Source: Oikopleura dioica (lineage: Eukaryota > Animalia > Chordata). From it: a stretch of 64,000 nucleotides of DNA. Below the pieces are notes generated by a model. The model did no database searches. It was not told the DNA's origin and saw only the letters and a list, made by a program, of their open reading frames with translations. The stretch covers positions 6,386,001 to 6,450,000 of the forward strand of contig OU015566.1 of the NCBI GenBank assembly GCA_907165135.1. Reading direction: 5' to 3'. Positions within the stretch are counted from its first letter, which is position 1, and each line of letters begins with the position of its first letter. This document shows, piece by piece, positions 37,714 through 49,497 of the stretch. The translations under genes and the position numbers were made by a program.

Positions 37714-40700
37714 TAGAATGCAATGAGAAAGGTAGATTTCTCTGTTTTGAAGAAGTTCTATTGAGAATAATGTTCGTCTGGATTCATAATCCAAATCGGC
37801 TGAATTTCCAGTCAAAGATTGCCAAAACGGCCTTTATTTAAAAAACTGGCTCTTTATTTATAAATCAAGGAACGGGGCTCATTCATTTTACGCAAAGTTT
37901 TTTAGATGAAAACCCAATATTCTTTACTAGCTTTAACCAATTTATGGTGAGCCCCGGGCGCCCGCGGGCGCGAAAAAAATTTCCACGGGCGCGGGAGGGC
38001 GCGGGGGCCAGATCAAAAATTTTCTACGGGCGCGGGCGGGCGCGGGGGCGAAATCCGAGATTTCTTGCGGGTACGGGGGGCGCGGGCGCCCGTGGCCCCC
38101 GCCCGCGGCCCCCGCGGGGTTTGCGGGCGGGTTTTTTCAAACACTGTCTGAGACTCGGGAGGAATGCGTCTCATCCAAACAAGAACGCGAAAATTCCTCG
38201 TTGAAAAAAGAGAGCTGCTTTTAGAACAGTTTAACGTTGTCAAGGGTGTAGCAGTTACACCCTCATTCTTATTACAACCAGAAATGAACGAGAAAAAGCG
38301 CAGGGATATTACGCCGTTCTGATCGTTACCACAAGTGAGATTACTTCTTGAAATCTCACGACTTGGAATTTGTACTCAAATGAGTCATTTTACCAAAACC
38401 GAATTTTTTTTTTTTGTAAATTTTTAACCATTTTTCAAGTTTTTTAACAAGTTTTTACTCAGTTGTGACTGTGGTCTTTTCCTAGATTTTGGGAACGTTT
38501 TAATTGACCGCTGATTGAAATCGTTGAAGTTTTGGGAAGTTGAGTTGGACGCTTTGGGTCGCTTTAATCCGGCCGATAAAGCGGCCGTTTTTTCGTTGTT
38601 GGTTGCGGTCAGAGCATCGCGCTGGGCTGGACCGCGACGTCTTTGAATTTCGACGTGATAAGCGAGGTTATCAGGAGTGTCCGCCTGTGAGACCGCCTTC
38701 CTTGCTTGAAATAATATATTCAACTTTACGGTTGTTCACGTTTCCCCTTCCTTTTGGAATACGGTCCAACATTGCGAGTTTGTTTTGCCATCAAAAAAGG
38801 CGGGAGGAATTTAGATTCTGTTTTACGTAAAATCATTAAACTGAAATCCTCTGAAAATAAGTCCGAACGAACATTAATTAAATTTAACATTTGTGTAAGA
38901 AAAATTAAAGAAAGACTTTGAAAGTGGCTAAAAATGGGTCAGAGGCATTTCAGTAAAAAGCTTTTTTTTCTTGAAAAAGTCGTCAAAAAAAGCCTATTAA
39001 CTGATTGATCTCCGCTCCATCTTGCTCCCGCGGGTGGCAAATTGGCTCAGCTCTTTTGGGGGCTTCTGTCAGAAGTCAGCAGCAGAACCAGCAGCTATTT
39101 GCACATTTGCTTGATCTTCCATCCAGTCATCGTTTCTTCTAACTGATTGTTTTCGCTTTAACCAACGTTAGGTCATTTTCCGGCATGAACGCTCTTTCCT
39201 TTGCGCCACACCCTTACCGCACTTCGGTATTGGTTGCGCTCCCTTATTCCTTAGCTGGATTTTTAGAAAGAAAAACATTTTCAAAAAAAAGGATAGTTCA
39301 ATTTTCTAAAAGCCAAATGTCGATTGAAAAAATAGTTTTTCTTTCTATTACTTTTTTCGTCTTTTATCAATTTTTATCTCGAATGAGCGGCGACTGCTCA
39401 TTTCAAAAAAAATGTTTTTTCAAGTCGAGTCAAGAAGCTGCTCATTTTGGCGACGCCTGTGAAAATACGAGCACGCTTCTAACGCTCCGGAAAAAGGCTC
39501 AACAAGTGAAAATACAAGTGTCTCCCAAAATACAGCTGCCGCCATTCCCAAATAGGGCGAAATACGATCTCGTAAAAGTATAAGTGAAAATGAGCTGGCC
39601 CTGGTCAGCGAAAATCCTCAAGAAAGAGGATTTTATCAAGTTCATCACCGCAAAAGCGCCACAGCGTAAAATCGACGGCCGTTTTACCTGTCGATTTTTA
39701 CGAGTTAAGCATAAGCCTTTTAGGGGCAACGTCGGCCCAGCCCTTCATCCCGTTGTTATTAAGGGTAGGGCGCCGTTTTTCGGCGAGGAAGGTAGTTTCT
39801 TGATGGAAAAAGGGGTATCTTTGATGATTTTTTGCCGGGGTTAGGGTTAGGGTTGATGCTCAATTTTTCGAAGGATTTTTCGTTGGAAAAAATTTTTAAG
39901 GATGAATTTTTTGTCGAAGTAGAACTGAAATTTATCGTGAAGTATTTGAAAAGCCGCGGACAACGGTGCCTAGCTCCGTTTGGGATAATCTGGCAAGTGG
40001 CCCTCTTCTCGGTAGTACTCATCGTGGGGTTGAGCGCGAAGGGTTTGTTGTGCCAACAGCGATTCTATAGATGCCTCGTGGAAAAGTCCTTTTTTTCAGC
40101 GATAGGAACTTCTAAGAAACATGTTTCAAAACAAGAGTTTACTCAGCAAACAACTTACAAAGTTGGAAATGACCATTTACACGGTTTAAAACGTCTATTT
40201 TTGGCTCAAAAAATGACAAATTTTCCAATTAAAACTACGAATAATGATTTAAATTGAAAAAAAGCTTCTTATTTGAGAAATTCTGTCATTTTTTGACCCA
40301 AAAATTGAAAAAAGCTTGAAAAAATTTCGCTTGGTAAATTGTTTTCGTTGAACCCTAGTAGTGCAAATAATGATAGAGCGTTTAAGATCGCTCCGTGCTC
40401 GTTATGAAGCTCGTTTCTTCGCCCTTAAATCACATGCTTGTTCGGCTCTTGGCCCGACAAGACTGACCTCTAATGTTCTCTCGTTGCGACATTTGTCGCT
40501 GAGGCTAGTTCTTACTCTTCCTCCGCGTTCAACAAATCAATTTCGACCGGCCAGTCGAGCGGTTTCGGAGTAGGGCGAAAGGAGCGTGTAGAGACGAACA
40601 TGGGGACATTTCCGGGGCCTCTGTTATTAGCTAGAATTTCCAATTGCGACAATTCAATTTTCAATTAGTTGTCCAGCAAAATATTTAAAGGATTTTCCAT

Positions 40701-40734
40701 GATGCGGGAAATGAATCGGTCTAAAAAATAACGT

Positions 40735-40890
40735 CAGGGTCTTGAAAGAGCTTTTCCTGAAAGCCGCGTAGCGGCTTTTTTTAAAACGAAGCCGCAGAGC
40801 GGCTTCGCCATAATTTTTTTCGTCATCTCTTTGAGATTTCGAAGCGGCTTCGTTTTTGGAAAAGCCGCTGCACGGCTTTCAATTGAAGCT
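40735..40890. mobile_element. AAGCCGC-family MITE fragment (internal part)
   Basis: CAGGGTCTTGAAAGAGC..AAAGCCGCGTAGCGGCTTTT..GAAGCCGCAGAGCGGCTTCG. Confidence 0.65.
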
Positions 40891-41666
40891 CTCTAAAGTC
40901 AATGTCTTAAAAATGAACTTTTTTTCAACTGAATTCATAAAATGACTTGATTTCTACAATCTTGATTTTGCGGGGTGATCCTTTAACCCGAAAAAGACGG
41001 GTCTTCGTTCCGAGGGGGTGTCAGCCTCTCGTTGTCTAAAATTGGCCCCTGCTCCTTGCGGAATTTCGCCTGGCGAAGGTGATAATGTGCTCCTCCGAAA
41101 CCACGAGACCGCGAAAATGAAAAAATGTCTTTTTTCACGATTCGCAGCGGAGCAGATGGCTCCAGTGAGCCAGGTCACGTGTGGTCACTTATCCACACTC
41201 TAACGATGTCTGTGGCGCGATTAACTCTCTTCCTTCGTCTGATTTTACGTCAGCTGCCAAAAAATTGGCATTCCTCGGCTGCGCGAGACTCGATTTCAAA
41301 GAACCAAAAAACGAGACATTCGTCGCGATTTTTCTGTGTTGAATTCTTGATTGACGTGGCTGCGAAAATTGCCACTTGAAAGAAAAAAGAAAGAAATTGT
41401 CAATTTTCAACCCTCTGTCCAATACCCTCGTAAATTCAGCTCGCGGTTGTTTTGGGGCGAGTCTCAGGACTGGAATAGAGAGAGATACACGCATCTGGGA
41501 TGGCACTACTCTTGAGCCAAGAGTCACGTGTGCCAACGCATCGGGCAAAATCCTTTTGATCGCTTTATCGCATTTGGAATTTAATACGCGCTAGTGCCAT
41601 ACAACCCCGCTTCATAATCATTTTTTTCCTCAATTTTTTATATTGAAACTAACTTTTTATTTTCAG

Positions 41667-42853
41667 TCTTGAACGGAATCAAGTTCCGACGACAGGGAAA
41701 AGAGCCCAAGCCCGATTCTTTGGAGCGATTCAGAAAGGTGACCCGATCTGACAACGGTCACCTGACATGCATGGACGCCGACAAAATCCACAAAAAGCAC
41801 AAGGGCGGAAACTCTCACCAAGAAGAAGAGCCCGCTCCCGGCATGCAAATGGACGTCGGTTTGGATGTCGAGCCGCTCCAGGAAATCATCTACCCGCGAT
41901 ACAATGGGCCCGACGCTCCCTTCCCAGATGCTCACATGGGAATCTTTTCTGAAGAAGTCGAGGAAGAGGAAGAGCAAGAAGTTACTCCACGACGAAATCC
42001 AATCTCGGAATTCAATCTGTCTTCTGTTGATCCAGTCAGTGGGGGTGTTGTTTCGACGGAATTTGAAGAGCCAGAAGAAGGTAATAATTAATTTTATGAT
42101 TTTCTTATAAGGAACATACGTTCTGCTGGATTGGATAACAGCTGGTATGGGTCTTATTTAAATTCCATGAATCTAACAATCGATAAATTCATAAAGACAC
42201 AAGTTGCATTATTATTCTGGTGTTTCATTTCTTCATTTTTCTTTCTAGATGAAGCCACAATGGTCCAACTCGTCGGAGAAATCCCAGAAGAACAACTCGT
42301 TCCCGCCAACTACGAAGAAGAAAGCTTGAGCCGAGAGGAGGTAAAAAATTTGAGCTAAATAAGTACTAAATAAAAATTAAAATTTTGATGTTTATGCAAA
42401 ACTAACTCCTTCCTCATCAACTTATCTAGATCCGCCTCATCCGCCTCCGAAAGAAGTTTTTCGAGATGAAAAACGTCAAGATCGGCTGCTGCAACGGACA
42501 GGCTTACAATTCGCAGAAGCGATGCTGCTGCCGACGAGTTTCGTTTGATATGGACAAGAAATTCTGCTGCGCCATCAACGTACTTTTCAAAAAATGCCTT
42601 TTCAAAATTACTAAAATTTTTAAGGGTTGCGAAAGCTTCAAGATCATGAACAGAGGCAGCATTCAGGACTACAACGATTGTCTTTCTCTTGATGGTACGT
42701 TTTCAACGCAGTGATTTATCGATGCCTACACCCTTAATCCTCTTTTTGCGCCATTTTATCAACCATCTTTCAGGTCTCGTCGTGCAGGAATACGGTTACC
42801 AAGGTCAACGAGGACAGCCCAAGATCTTCGGAAACGACCGAAGCCGAAATTAA
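41667..42853 (+). CDS. 3' exons of a secreted acidic protein with a galaxin-like di-cysteine tail
   Basis: Short GT-AG introns link exons starting at 41667, about 42250, about 42431, about 42626 and 42774. Tail IGCCNGQAYNSQKRCCCRRVSFDMDKKFCCAINGCES; stop at about 42853. Possibly continues from exon 34904-35102. Confidence 0.6.
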
Positions 42854-43576
42854 AACCCTTCCACCGAGCAGTATCCGGAAATGGACCACAACCAGGGCGT
42901 AAGAGGTGAAAATCAGTCGCAGTACAAAATTGACCCCTTGACTTGTTTTCCTTGAAGTCCTGTTTCGCGTCTCCTTTTCCGTAGTTTTATATTTTGCGCT
43001 TTCAAAAAAGACTTCTTCAATTTTCAAACAAAATCTCGCCGATTTTTTTTTATCTTTTATGCCACATTTTTTTTTTGTCTTTTTTTTTGTAAATTTGTTG
43101 TTTTAATTTTTAACTCATCGTCGCGGTCGACAAAATTTCGACCATCCACGATCATCACAAAATAAAACACGCGAGTACTATTTAAAAAAAAGAAAACCAA
43201 CAACCCTGAATTTCCCAATCCCCCAAAAAACTACTTTTACTTTTTGATATAAGTTTTTCTTGTGTAAATATCGCGCCACTAAGAACATGAATCAAACATG
43301 GCAGAACGCACGTCTGTACAGAAGACCACAAGATGGTAGCAGCCGACAAAAAATAACGAAGAAAAAAAATGAAGAAAAAACTCATCTTCCACAAAAAACA
43401 GCTGCCGCTTTATTTCAATAAATTTCCTGTTTATACCTAAAAAGTTGCTTTCTATATTTTTTTTTGCATTCTTATTTTGAAACTTGTCCCTTTCGTATCA
43501 TCGCTGAAGAAAATAGGAAGCAATAGTAAGCGACAAAAATAAAATTGACTTCCGCTTCCATCCGCATATAATCAAG

Positions 43577-43907
43577 GCTTCTGAGGGAGAGCAATACAGT
43601 GAGAAAGAAATGAGTGCAATTAATGATTTTTACGACAAGCTCCGCCCTGATCAAGTGACCAAATTCCGATCAATTTTGGACGATCTGAGAGGGGCCTACG
43701 ACAACCTTGATTCTGCCCAGAAAGAGTTCTTCGAGTCGAAATACTCAGACGGTTCTGCTGCTGATTGCCCGGTGGTGAAGCTTATTGGTAATGCTGGAGC
43801 CTTCGATAAAGGTAAATTTTTATTTCGAATTAAAAATGTTTCTAAAAATTTAAATTCTCCCAGAAGCTACAACTGATGGTCAAAGCCATTTTTGTGTTCT
43901 TTTATAA
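43577..43907 (+). CDS. Small protein ending in a CaaX box (CVLL); 3' exons, copy A
   Basis: Exon from 43577 (ASEGEQYSEKEMSAINDFY..FDK), phase-1 intron, last exon 43864-43907 ending ..SHFCVLL-stop. The 5' end is unresolved. Confidence 0.55.
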
Positions 43908-44083
43908 AAGAAAAATTGTATCTTGAAAGAAAATATGCAATAAAATGAGCAAAATAAGACTTCAAGAAAATCAAACCGTTTTTTGCATGCTAAGTGTATT
44001 GAGAAAAGCAAAAGAAGTATCGCCTAAATAAGTGACAATTTGTGTAACGTGTTTTCGTGAAGATCGTGTTCCTATTCCAAAGC

Positions 44084-46687
44084 TCAAGAATTTTGAAGAT
44101 TGTCCATTGTATCGAATATCCAGTCAACATAATTGGAGACTTTAGCGTAAATTCCTGGAAAGTTCGGAGCAGCGCAGCCGAAACCCCAAGAAACAACACC
44201 GTAAACAACGGGTTTTCCAAAAGCTTCGCAGACCAAGGGTCCTCCAGAGTCGCCCTGGCAGGAATCCTTCCCTCCGTCAGTTTGTCCATCGCCATCAAAA
44301 TCTGGGATTCCAGCGCAAAACTGCGTTTCCCAAGTTGTTGGCTCGAAACTTATCATATTCGTTGCCTCACAGTACTCGTTAGAAAATGTGTAAACGCCGA
44401 CTTCATTCAAAAGATGCGATGGCTCGTTACCAGCCCCATAACCTGCAACCTTGCAGTAAGATCCGTCGGCAACATGGTCTGCTGGAAGACATGCTGGGGA
44501 TATCTTCGATGCGCATGTTTCTGGGCCCTCAGGGCCGTACTGATTGATGAGCGACTGCTTGACATTGGGAATTTTCAGAAGACAGATGTCATGAGGAGTT
44601 CCAGTCTCGTCAGTACTGTTGAAATCAAAACGATCGTAATCTTCGTGAATCTTGAAGTTTTGCAATTCAAGGTCCAAACTGCAAGGTTCAACCCGGTCGA
44701 TGACTGAGACTCCTAAAAGCACAAGGGCATCATCTATATTTGTACCGAAACAACAGTGCGCAGCAGTCAGTACAAAATCGTGAGAGCCATCTTCAAACAT
44801 TGTGATCAATGTCCCTCCGCAGGAGAAATCAAAGTTCGCGTAATAAGGATGCGCATCGATCGGCACATCTGTTCCGCCGACGATTTTTGTAAGAGGCTCG
44901 CTCTCGATTGGTTCAAGAGGAGTTTCACAAGTCATGTTTTTCCAAGATGGCTGCTCGAAAGTCGCATTTGGGAAGATTCCAGGACCAGTGGGAAGCGGAG
45001 AAGAGTCAGTTGTCGACGTTTCGGTTGGTTCTGTCACAGGAGGTGGAGTGAGAACAAAGCTCTCCATTTCGTTCGCGTCAACAAAACTGACACTGATTAA
45101 ATCGTCAACCTCAGCGCAAAGGCCCCAATTGTAGTCAAGCACGCCTTTGAGAACAGGATAGTCATCGACGAGGCAGATGAGCCCTCCGCCAGTATCACCA
45201 AGGCAAGTCTTTGCTGGGTCATTTTCGTCGATTGATTTGAATTCTCCATCCAAATAGATTAGAACCGCATCACGGAGAACCGTCGCTTGCTCGGGCACGA
45301 ACTCAATGTAGTCACCAAGGCCAGCTATATAGCAGCTTGTTCCACTAAAAATTATTAAGACAAAAATTCAACCCAAGATTTAACTTACTCTTCCAACTCC
45401 ACATCTGATAAGCAAGCTGGCTCAAAACACGATCCGCCAGCACAAGAATCGGGTGCGTTGTCAATCAGATTCGGAACCCTGACCATGCATTGTCTGGTTT
45501 CAGATAGAATTCCATTTCGATACTCGATGGGATTGATTATGTATTCATCGTTGTCGGGGTATTCCAAGTCATAAGCGCCAATATGGATGTTGAATCGGGA
45601 CATATCAAAGTAGCAGCACCACGAGTCTGTCACAAGCCAATCGTCAGAACCGTCCTCGTATTTTGTCAAAATTGTCAAGCCGCAGTTTTCGGTCTCATCA
45701 AAGCCCGTCTTCTCGCTCCAAGCAAACCAGGGGTATCTTCCCTTTTTCGTTTCTTGTCCACCAGCGATTTTCGAAGAACTTCCAGGGCTTGAACAAGTTT
45801 TCGTCTTCGGCATGGATAGGGGTGGAAACTCGAAAGTTTCCTCCCAATCGATCGGCTCTTTGTAGAGTGAATGGAGCATACATTTGGTGTAGTCTTCGTT
45901 GTTGGTTTCTTCATCGATTTGCTAAAAATTGAATTAAGGCTTGGCTGGTTTTGAAAGAGCTTGATTCTCACCTTGGTCATGAAATAATAATTAGCTTTTG
46001 TCACGCATTCTTCCACTGCTTCAAAGTCGTGCTGATCTTCATTGAAATTCACCTCCATCAGCAAAGAGTCACCATTCTCATTCTTCAGTTCTCGTTGTTG
46101 ATATCGTCGAGAAAACTGGAGAAAAACACTTTCTTTCGTCCCATGTCTTTCTTTTTCGGCGTTTGATGTCCGATGAACTGACTTTCGTAGACATCAAGTT
46201 GGAGGTCAGAAAATGAAACATGTAGATCTTGCAAGTGGAGATGATGGTCAGTGACGAACTCGCCGCAGTTGGAAATTTTGAAGCGAACCATTCCGACGTA
46301 ATCCTCCTCTGCTGGCAGCCTTGTTTTCCCTTTGAAGTCGACTGAGTAGAGAACAGAACCATATTTTCGACTGATCACCCTGGTCTTTGTCTTTGTCGCT
46401 TGCTTAGATTGGATTTAAGCATGTCCGACAAAAATTTTCTTGTAAATTATCAGACGTTAATTCCTTTCCTTAAAACCGTTGCACTTCTTTTTGCATTTGA
46501 CTGACGATCCGAAAGCTGCTCCATTGTCCGGGTCACAGCCTTGCTTGAGCTTTGGAAACTCGCAGTAGCTGACTGGCTGGGATGATTCTGTTGGGCTGAA
46601 TGAAGTTGTTGATGTAGCAGACGTGGAGATAATAGTTGTCGAGTGAAACGCACTCGTAGTCAAAAAGAAGGAAGAAAGTAACTTCAT
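44084..46687 (-). CDS. Multi-exon trypsin-family serine protease with a degenerate first and an active second S1 domain (copy A; apparent 1-nt frameshift near 46155)
   Basis: Second domain K-IVGG, TAAHC, DICLL, GKDSCQGDSGGP (Asp189 type). First domain K-IAGG with VTDSWCC and GDTGGG. N-terminal MKLLSSFFL plus Ser/Thr and Cys segments. Confidence 0.85.
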
Positions 46688-47552
46688 CTCTTCTCGAGCG
46701 ACTCTCGTTCTGACCGCACCCGAACTTTTGCCGTCGTTTTTAAGTGCTTCATGGCTTTGACGAAGTTTAGCAGAAGAAAGAAAATCTTTAATGAACTATT
46801 CTGCGGTTTACGGAGATTGATCTTGATATTGTATCCATCGCATTGTATTTGTTTCATGATGTGCGCATGAAAGAACGATGACCTTTGGGAGGTCTTTCTT
46901 TTTTTGCTGACCTGTCATCTTGAAATTCTTACAAATAGATGAACCAACAACTTTTACGGAGTGCAACATGTTTTAATTAAACGCTTGTACGGTCAAAACA
47001 GTAAAGAAAAGAATGCTTAGTACGCTTTGATTTTTCGGGGAAAAAAAGAAAGAGGGAAAGTTAGGTCAAACATTGGTGAAGGAAACAGGGATTTTTCTAA
47101 GGAAATGACATGTCGATTTTGGCTTAGATGTCAGTATCGTGCCAACCGTTGAGTTGTTGGTCGGGAGTTTGGTGGCCAGAGCGCGACATTTGAGTCATCG
47201 CGGTCGGAGATCGGTGCTCAGAGGGGAGGAGGGATGTTCCTTCGTCGTGGTAGGTCGTCACCTGAACTTGTTTTAAATGCTTGTATAATTTTAAAGAATG
47301 GAGGGAGAGGTTAGTTAGAAATCAAAGGAGGAAAGAAAGGAGTTAGAGAAAGGAGGATAAATCTGGATCCAATCAAGCCAATAATCAAATCGCTCAAATC
47401 TTGTTGTTATTGAACCTCGGATTTCTGAGCCGCAATAGAAATCATTTCAATATCCGCTTCAGTGAAAACTGTGATGTGCTTTGAATTGTTTGTGGTACTC
47501 ATTTTTCGTTGAAAACAAGGAAGAAAACCAGGAAGAATTGCAGAATTCTCTT

Positions 47553-48019
47553 TCAACAAAATTGCCTATTCAAATTCTCATCAATTTCCATTTTCGCTTG
47601 TTTTTCTGGCGGCGAGCTTCTAGGCTTGGGAACTGCCGAGGATCTTCCGGAAGCACGAGCGGAAGCATGAGTCGATGCTCGGAGAGTTTGAGGGAGGGAA
47701 GCCTTGCTCATTCGGCTGGGAGACTCGCGCACGAACGAGGTGTTTTCAATTCCACTTTCTGGTTTTGGAGTCACTTGAGCTACTTGTTGGTTCAACAATA
47801 TGACAATAAATCTTTTGAGCTCCTTTTCTTCATTTGAACCTTCCCTGAAACCTTGGGCTTGCTTTTCGCAGCTTCGAGTCTGGCAATTTCTTCATCAATA
47901 TTCCTCTCTGCCTCCTTTTGCTTCTCCACAGCAATTTCATATTCTCTCATTTGCTTTTCATATTCTTCTCCAGCGGCCTTGACGGCTTTTTCTGCAGCTT
48001 TCTTTCCAAATTCATTCAA
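47553..48019 (-). other. Two overlapping ORFs (coiled-coil, then Ser/Arg-rich), possible frameshifted gene remnant; also at 60526-60992
   Basis: EEYEKQMREYEIAVEKQKEAERNIDEEIARLE coiled-coil; no family recognised. Confidence 0.3.
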
Positions 48020-48204
48020 AAATCAGTGCCAAAATATAAATCTGTGATACGTGCACTTGTTTTTCCGTGTTTTTTTTTTATGAGAAAATTAAAATTTAAT
48101 CGAAAATTAAAATTTAATCGATAATCGAAATTCTGTAGAGAGCTTTCTCAGAATCTTGGTCAAAATTAATCTCAGACTAAGATTAAAAACTTTTCTTTCA
48201 TTTT

Positions 48205-48343
48205 AAAAGCCAGCCCTTCCGGCCATTTCCCCGCGGGGATTTGGCTGGAGGGGCTTTACGTTTGGTCAATTTCGGTCTTAGGCTCTCCAAACGTAAAGCC
48301 CCTCCAGCCAAATCCCCGCGGGGAAATGGCCGGAGGGGCTAGC
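48205..48343. repeat. GC-rich hairpin element (arms about 58 bp), left copy
   Basis: GCCAGCCCTTCCGGCCATTTCCCCGCGGGGATTTGGCTGGAGGGGCTTTACGTTTGG, loop, then its reverse complement. Confidence 0.85.
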
Positions 48344-48628
48344 ATATCGACATTCAAAGATTTTAAATATTTCTCATTTGGAGGATTAATCTTCCTTGAT
48401 TTCATTCTTTCACGGAAAAGAAACTGTTAAATAGTTAATTTTATAAATAACACTGTATAACACTTACTCAACTTTGCAAAAAAGCCAATCAAAAACTAAA
48501 TTCTTCTTTTCTGTCTCCAAAAAGTAGATTTTCTGTATTCAAAAACTTAGTCAAGCTTTGAAAATTCCAATTAAAAAAGTCTTCTTTCGCAAAAACCATT
48601 TATTGAATAATTCTCAGAAAAATTGAAA

Positions 48629-48787
48629 ATGGACAATCCGATTTCGCAACTAGCAAATTACAAACTGCAGTTGGGCAAGGTGGAGGCTGCCTTGACCGCA
48701 GACCCGGAGAACCAAAAAATGACGAGCCAGATCATTAGAGCCAGATCAAAGAGTTCGATGACTTCCTCTGATTCTAGCTCTAGTTGA
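48629..48787 (+). pseudogene. Truncated fragment resembling the SPF30/SMNDC1 N-terminus (52 aa)
   Basis: MDNPISQLANYKLQLGKVEAALTADPEN resembles the conserved N-terminal helix of SMNDC1 as I recall it (QL.[SN]YK.QL..VEAAL). Similarity stops after about 28 aa; no Tudor domain seen. Confidence 0.55.
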
Positions 48788-49497
48788 ATCGAAAGTGTTG
48801 AAGAGAAGAATGAGTTATTGAGCACTCAGCCTAAAAATAAGGACGGGTAAGAGAGCCATTTTTCAAGTTGTCGGAAAACAAGTTGACCAGCTTTTAATTA
48901 TGTAACAAGAACGCGTGTACTACCTTGAAGCAAACGTAGTATGGTTAATTTCCAAGATCAAGTGTCCATTCTTGTCCAAAAGCCGAATCGCCTCTGAAAG
49001 CTGCCGTCGTTAATCTTTTGCGGCTAAACTCGCCCGCCCCCTCCGGAGCATTTTCCTGGGCGTGAAAAAGTTCACAGCGCGGCGCGCTGATTGGCCGTCA
49101 CTTGAGTTCAAAAAGCCACGGCCAGGACCAGCGGATTCACCACCACAACAGCGCCACTCTGAGCGCAGCGGATCAGAAGCCAAGCCCGGCCCATATGGAA
49201 AAAGATCAACAAGAGCCATAAAGCTCGAAATGGCCAAAATTCATGAAAATAACTAAAAAGGGGGATTAAGGGGTTTTTGGACACGGGGAATTCAGATATG
49301 GGATTATATTTTAGAAAAAAGCAAGTTTGAAGGGAAAAATCAAGTTTGAAAATTGAAATAAAGGAAGACTTTAAAAAATGATTAACGAATACATCAGCCC
49401 CTCTGGTTGCTCCCTTTTCGGGAGTGACCAGAGGGGCAGAAGATTTTTGAATTTTTTATCTGCTTATTTTGCAAAATAAAGACAAACAAACATTTTT

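Larger units (their letters stand above)
36493..38146. mobile_element. hAT-type non-autonomous element (1654 bp) carrying a tandem array and a nested MITE
   Basis: TIR CAGTGTTTGAAAA(AA)CCCGC at both ends; perfect 8-bp TSD TCTGAGAC (36485-36492, 38147-38154); GC-rich subterminal repeats of about 40 bp. Confidence 0.9.
42466..48184. repeat. Segmental duplication, copy A
   Basis: 42466-44942 is repeated with divergence at 53635-56069; 43105-48184 is repeated near-identically at 56078-61157. Confidence 0.95.

Noticed and set aside
36318-38243. Arg/Gly/Ala-rich ORFs at 36318-36783 and 37944-38243
   Set aside because: They stay open only because of the GC-rich subterminal repeats of the hAT element.
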